64,000 bases of DNA from assembly GCF_001194135.2 (NCBI RefSeq), contig NC_068999.1, positions 54,375,055-54,439,054 of the forward strand, in the 5' to 3' direction. Below the pieces are notes generated by a model. That model was not told where the DNA came from and searched no databases. It was given only the letters and a program-made list of their open reading frames with translations. Below, in pieces: positions 38,201 to 64,000 of this stretch; position 1 is the first letter of the stretch; every line of letters starts with the position of its first letter. This DNA comes from Octopus bimaculoides. Its lineage: Eukaryota. Both the position numbers and the translations under genes were made by a program.

Positions 38201-41200
38201 AACCATTTTCAGTCTTCAACAAATATTTTCAGGTGTACTCTGAAAAATTTATTTCTTTGTTGTGGTTTATTAATTATATTTTAGTAAAGCAGTTTGGTAC
38301 CTCTTGGTCTTCTTTGAGATGTTTCTCTAAGATAGAATATTACAGCTTGTGCCGTTCTATTTTTTATATACATCATGAATATTATACACACTGGTATTTT
38401 AACTTAAGGCTATTTCAAATGTGTATATTGATTTAAGTGTAACCTTGTTAGCTGTATTTACCGATTTCTGCATCAGAACAAGCATTTTTTGCTTAACTCA
38501 AAATGCCTGAGGAGACACTGTGTCTAACATTCTACCAATGTTCTGAACAAAGCCCTGTTTTTTTTAACATGAGTTTTTTTTTTTTTTAGATGTTTCTGAA
38601 ACAAAATTGTTTTCATATTTACATTCCCAATGAATATAAGAAAAAAATGATCTTATACTTTAAAAATAGGTAAAGGGCTGGTGACAGGAAGAGTAACCAG
38701 CCACAAAATACTGCTTAGAAAAGTGGACATAAAATCTACAAAATTCTAATCACAAGGCATTGCTCAGGTAGATAAAATTATAGATTACTAATTCAAATAT
38801 CAAATGTGTATTCATACCCCACTATAAGTTTCTGAGTTTATTTCAGTGTAGGATACTTAAATTTTTATAATCTCACTTCATCCAGCTTTGAGGAGTGAGT
38901 ACCATTTGCAATGGACAGGTAACATATCCAGAGAGAGAGAGAAGTTTATCTCTTGTCCACTTAACATTATTTAACTTGGATCCAATATTGAATTTTAGTA
39001 ACTTTTGGAGACTTTATCCCTATGTATATAGGAGTAACACACTGTAGGCCACTGCTGAATACTTTGTCCTAACAGATTTCACTTTCTTATCAGGTGGTCT
39101 CAGTGCTTGGCATCATGGCCAAGTGTCCTCTTTCATAGCTTTGGGTCAACTACTGAGAGGAAGAGATGGACAGAAACCATGTGGTAAACCCATTACCCTA
39201 TCATATCTTCACCATCTTTCTTTCTTTTCCAACTATGGTAACCTTGAATCTCCCCTAGAGCAAGATACCTGTTCCTGTCCTTCTATGATAATTTAGCCCC
39301 TAATCACCTGGCTAGCATGAAGACTGCTGCCATTTTAGGGAGTAGTATTAAGGACATAAAGCTCTCAATGTTACTGCCACCTCAGTTAAGGGATCTTTTC
39401 TTGCAAGTTACTTGGTGACCTCACTATTGCTGGTACCACATAAAAGCACACAGTACACTCTGCAAAGTGGTTGGCAACAGGAAGGGTATGATGATGATGA
39501 TGATGATGGTAGCGGTGGCAAGGAGGAGGATGGTGATTGGGGGTAGGATATTCTGCAACTTGACCTTCCCTGCACTTCTTGAATACTGGGAACTGTAAAA
39601 CTTAAGAATTAATCACCTTATCTATCTGACTTGTTGATTTTTTTACCCATGGGTCAGCTCTGAATACACTCTTGGTCAGTGACATTCCAGTCATGACCAT
39701 CCTTTTTTTTTCTCCTTACCAGTAATATATCTCTCAGTATTCAATATCTGATATGGACTTGATTTTTGAGTAGGTAGAGTGTGATTTGACATGAGATTTT
39801 ACTGCTATATCTAGCAAATCAAGTCACCAAGTAGTAGTTCTGATTGACTACTAGGCTAAAATTTTCGTGCCAGTGACATGTAAAAGGCACCTAGTACAAT
39901 CTAAAGAGCAGTTGGCATTAGGAAGGGCATCCAAATGTAGAAACCAAGTCAAAACAGACTGGTGCATGGTGCAGCTCTCTGGCTTATCATTTCCAGTCAA
40001 ATCATCTAACCCATGCCAGCATGGAAAACAGATATTAAATGATGATGATGATTTTTTTTTCAACAGATCTATGGAAATATAGACTATATAGCCTTCATCT
40101 TCAGAATCATTATAAAGTCCTTGTACAATTTCAGATTTACAAAACTCTATTTCTATATAAGTGATAAAAGTAATCTGTGAAAAGGATAAATGAAATAATT
40201 TATTACATTTTTAGAGAGATTTATTCTCGAGATTGTTAATTTTCATTGTGATGTAATGTTAATGCTCTAGAAATGTATTTGTAATCTGTAGCAGATTAGT
40301 TACACTTGCCCAAAGGACTTATATAGAATGTTGTTTAGCTGAACCAAACAGCTGTTTTTATATTGCCTCATGAGTTAAAATTATTTAGGTACCATGGGCA
40401 AGTGTCTTTTACTATAGCCTTGGTGTAACCAAAGCCTTGTGAGTGGATTTGGTAGACGGAAACTGAAAGCTCATCATGTGTGTATTATCATCATCGTTAT
40501 CATCAGCATCCAATAAGCCTTGCACAGTACCTCACAGACCCATTCCACCCTACTGGCATGATCCGGAGACAAGCCAGGGCAAGACATCCAGTGCCGATAT
40601 GGTTCACAGGCTTAGGGAAGTGGAAGATCCATGATCTCAAGCACAAGCAAAAGAATCCCCTAAATGTTCAATGCCATTCCCTGCATATCAGGTTTTATAT
40701 CAGAGTGATCTTCTAGAGACATGCTTTCACAAAAGCTAAAGTGTACCTAACTCACAGTGGTCCTCCAGCATGCTGGACACGAACACAGGATTTCTTAGGA
40801 CCTATGCTATTGCTAGATAGTCGTTGAACATATACTAGGTTCATCCATCCTTTTGACAGGTCTTGCTTTTAATTCTGCTGGGTTTCTAGCAACCCTCCTC
40901 ACCAGGCAAGCCTTGTGGAAGTGGGAGTTTAGTCATCAACAGCCCAGCTATGTAACAAGTTGTACTGGATTACATACACACTCACAAAAAAAACTATTGG
41001 GTTAATATAAAGATCTTCATCCGTTAATAAAAAAAAAGAAAGAAAAACAGCCTGCTGGGTGTTAACAACTGTGGAGAAAACGAATATGACAAAAGAAATT
41101 TGCGCAAACGAACCTGGGAGGTGGGGAGAGGACTTTCGGAAAATTCACAAGATCTGATTTTTCGTCATAATTTTCGGGTAAATGGATATATATTGATTTT

Positions 41201-41440
41201 TTTTTTATGGAATCCCACGTTTTTGGTTATGGAGGATCCGATTCTGAAAAATAAAATTTCAAAAATCGCATTTTCAAATTTTCAATTCTCCGGCCTTGGC
41301 CTTCAAGCAAGCTATCCACATGCTAGAAATAACAGCCAAACCTCACAAAACTGCGATAATATAATGAAAGGAATATGTAATCAATCTCCTCACCTTTCTG
41401 CAAAGATTTCTTTCAGAGTAATTTCCCGCAGTAATATAAA

Positions 41441-41613
41441 NNNNNNNNNNNNNNNNNNNNNNNNNNNNNNNNNNNNNNNNNNNNNNNNNNNNNNNNNNNN
41501 NNNNNNNNNNNNNNNNNNNNNNNNNNNNNNNNNNNNNNNNNNNNNNNNNNNNNNNNNNNNNNNNNNNNNNNNNNNNNNNNNNNNNNNNNNNNNNNNNNNN
41601 NNNNNNNNNNNNN
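41441..41613. other. Assembly gap (173 N)
   Basis: Run of N. Confidence 1.
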
Positions 41614-43995
41614 CTGTCTAAAATTCAAAATGAACGGTTTTGTCTGTTTCTGCATGCATTATAGTGAAACAGCAAAAGGGTCGCGGCAGTGCCCGGTCAC
41701 TAAAACGAAAAAAAACCCCAGTCTAATAGGTAGGTGTTCATTATGTTATCGCAGTTTTTGTGAGATATAGGCGCAGGCATGGTAAGAAGCTTGCTTCCCA
41801 ACCACATGATTCCAGGTTCAGTCCCACTGCCTTTGTTCCCCCCCCCCACTATCGCTTGGCAACTGATGTTGGTGTGTTTACGTTCCCGTTATCTAGCGGT
41901 TCGGCTAAAGAGACCGATAGAATAAGTAAGTACTAGGCTTACAAAATTAAGTCCTGGGGTCGATTTGTTCGACTAAAAGCGTTGCTCCAGCATGGCCGCA
42001 ATCAACTGACTGAAACAAGTAAAAGAATAAAAGAATGTGTGTGTGTGTGCGCGCGCGCATACACTCGATAGGGTTCTGTTGGGATGAAAAAAAAATCAGA
42101 GACTAACGGTCATTGCCCCCAATTTCTCATCAGTTTTAAACTTCTGACATCATACTGCCATGAATGAAATTTGCTGCGCGTCTATCATATTTCAATGCTT
42201 TTTTCACTTCATATTTTATTTTAATAGTTCTTTCGTTCGTTTTAACTATCATAGCCTAAGGATCAACGTCTTATCTGTCAATCTATACATACATACAGAC
42301 ACACATTGAACTAAAGGGTGGGGTTTCTTTCACTATTATGAAATATTACCAGAGTATAGTTAAAAATGCAGTCCTGAATCAGTTTTTTATTTCTTTCTCC
42401 AAAAACTGGTATCATCGTTTGCTTAAGCGTTTATCTCTCACATCTTACAAATATCGAAACAACAAACGAATCTAGAAATAGCAGCCAATTTCCCATCAAA
42501 CCATAGCTTACTGTTTAAAAGAAACAAAAAACACATTGGACAATTGTTGTCCGACTTCCCCTGAAACAAAAATGGTAATAAAAAGACGGTATGGTCATGG
42601 CGAGAATATTAGGATTGACTTAGGGTTAAATATCATCTATATTGTCGACGAATCTCAGGTGACCTTTTGCTTGTTTCAGCTATTAGACTGCGGCCATGCT
42701 GGGATACCGCCTTGTGAAATTTTAGTCGAATTTTTTAAAGCCTGGTACTTAGTCTATTTGTCTTTTTTGCTGAGCCGTTAAGTTACGAGGACGTAAACAC
42801 ACCAACACCGGTTGTCAAGTGGTGGTAGGGAACAAACACGTTGATATATACATATATAACAAGCTTGTTTCAATTTCTGTCTACCAAATCCACTCACAAG
42901 GCTTTGGTCGGCCCAAGGCTATTGTGGAAGGCAACTATCCAAGGTACCATATAGTGGCATTGAACCCAGAATTATGTGATTGGAAAGCTAAATTCTTACC
43001 ACACAACCACCCCTACTAGTGGGTTCCTGTTGCTTTCTTTACTTGACAAGTTTGATAAGTGTCATGGAGTTTTCGTGGGAGAATATAAAGGCGGCTTTCC
43101 ATTACTTTCATTCAACTATATAGATATGGTCGCAGCAACTGCCTAGGTATTCAAAATTTAATACAAATACAGCGAAGTATTTTCCCCAATCTATCGCACC
43201 TACACGGTACTTAATTTTATCGACTCCGGAAAGATTAAAAGCTGAGTTAATACTGGAGTGGAGTCCAACTCAGAAATGCCGCGAAGTATTTTGTCCGGCA
43301 CTCTGACAATTCTGCTACTTCGTAGCTCGTGTCAAATTATAAATGCCATTTTTGTTTAGTTCTCGATTATTTTCAACATAAGCGACAATTATAAAAAATA
43401 CATAATTACGATTACTATGTACATTATACTTTGCACACTGCTAATATTCTAATCACCAACAGATCTAGAAAAGGTGAAAAGACTTCTATATTAATTAACC
43501 ATATTTAAATAAATTTCTTTCCTTTCTAGAAGAGCGTTAAACGGAGGAATGAGGAAGAAAAAAATCATTAACAGCGATTACTCAACACTAATTATGCAGA
43601 AAAAATTTTATATAACTAGTGTCGGCTGTTAAAAGCAAAAAAAATGTGAAGATTAAAAGATTTCATTTCGAACGTTGTACAATGTTATGCCGATGAGTTC
43701 CCTAAGATAGAATTAAATATGACGGCGAGATGGTTGAGTAATACGTGACCCGGCTTCTTAGTTTTCAGTAATTTTAATTCGTTCGTAAGTCGCGTAAGAA
43801 AAGTACAAACAGATTCTTTCCTATTTGTCCGCCTTATAAATTTCAAGGGAAAAAACAAAACGTAAAGCCTGAGAACAATATGATGTCAACGCCACGACAT
43901 AATAATCGTCGGCACATTTAATGAAAATACTAGACTTTCAGCGATTGTGAATGTATTTGGAACAGTTGCAGGTACCAGTATTTATACTATTCATC

Positions 43996-44064
43996 CACGT
44001 GACTACCCCCTTGAGGCCGCCTTAACCAATGAAATGTTGACGTTCAACCTAACCGGAAGTCAGT
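43996..44064 (+). promoter_or_regulatory. Putative eIF4A core/proximal promoter
   Basis: E-box CACGTG 43996-44001, CCAAT 44026-44030, ETS-type CCGGAAGT 44053-44060 and Inr-like TCAGT 44060-44064, clustered 70-135 nt before the exon 1 donor in CpG-retaining sequence. Confidence 0.55.
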
Positions 44065-44129
44065 AATTGTTCCACTCGGACATAACAGTACCTCTGTAAT
44101 TGAGAAAAAAACAACTGACAAAGTGAACA

Positions 44130-44131
<2 letters not shown>
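44062..44131 (+). CDS. eIF4A: eIF4A exon 1 (5'UTR plus AT of the start codon)
   Basis: ...gtgaaca AT|gtgagt; supplies the 2 nt exon 2 needs to read ATG TCT TCA; no upstream ATG in the UTR; A at -3. Confidence 0.7.
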
Positions 44132-63414
<19,283 letters not shown>

Positions 63415-63860
63415 GGTTGCCCCTCTTGCTGTTCGGAAAGACAACATGCATTGCTTGTCATTCAAGACATCAAATATACCTTTCTCTTTCTTTTTATATT
63501 TGAAATATGTACAAACTGCTTTTCCTTTCCAACAAAGACAAGGGCTTTTTAATTGTTGACACTGCCCATGCACGCTCAAGTTCTACGTGTATTTTCTCCC
63601 CACTCCCATCCCTAAAGTGTATTAATCAATTTCTGATTTTTAAAAATTTTTTATGTTATGGATTTAATATAGTTTAATACAGTTTAATGTTTACACTAAA
63701 ACACATGAAAAGTGTGTCAGGAAACTTCGACATTCAATTAAGCTAGCATCTCCAAGATATTCGATTAAAATTTCTAATGTAAAAGGTAAATTTCCATTCA
63801 GACCTCATAAGGTTATACTTGAAACAGTTTTCAGAACTAAGTTCTCAAAATTGAATTCTC

Positions 63861-63862
63861 AC

Positions 63863-63908
<46 letters not shown>

Positions 63909-64000
63909 GTATATATATATATGTATATATATATATGTATATATATATATGTATATATATATATGTATATATATATATGTATATATATATATGTATATAT
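63861..64000. repeat. (TA)n/(TATG) microsatellite; similar tracts at about 5390-5530, 6856-6887, 27090-27245, 46760-46900, 51830-51868
   Basis: Direct inspection. Confidence 0.95.

Noticed and set aside
41100-41655. 173-aa and 80-aa ORFs
   Set aside because: They run through the N gap; artefacts.

Overview
AT-rich, microsatellite- and SINE-dense eukaryotic genomic DNA, most likely a coleoid cephalopod (Octopus-like; inferred from repeat content, not from a database search). It holds two intron-rich housekeeping genes in tandem on the + strand. The first is TAF6 (TFIID subunit 6; 11 coding exons, 13319-37860, 621 aa). The second is a divergent eIF4A1/2-type DEAD-box helicase (10 exons, about 44062-63414, 401 aa) whose ATG appears split AT|G by a 9,575-nt intron and which carries substitutions in the rocaglate pocket (F163S/D198S/I199V, human numbering) and on the eIF4G/PDCD4 surface (E268G). 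The rest is mostly transposon debris: two Penelope-like RT remnants (one ending in a hammerhead-like motif), LINE fragments, a DD37D Tc1/mariner remnant, several MITE families and many tRNA-derived SINEs, plus a tRNA-Arg(CCT) gene or pseudogene in a TAF6 intron. There are two assembly gaps (27702-27711, 41441-41613). I found no multi-gene novel system; the best candidates for novelty are the eIF4A paralog and its start-codon architecture.
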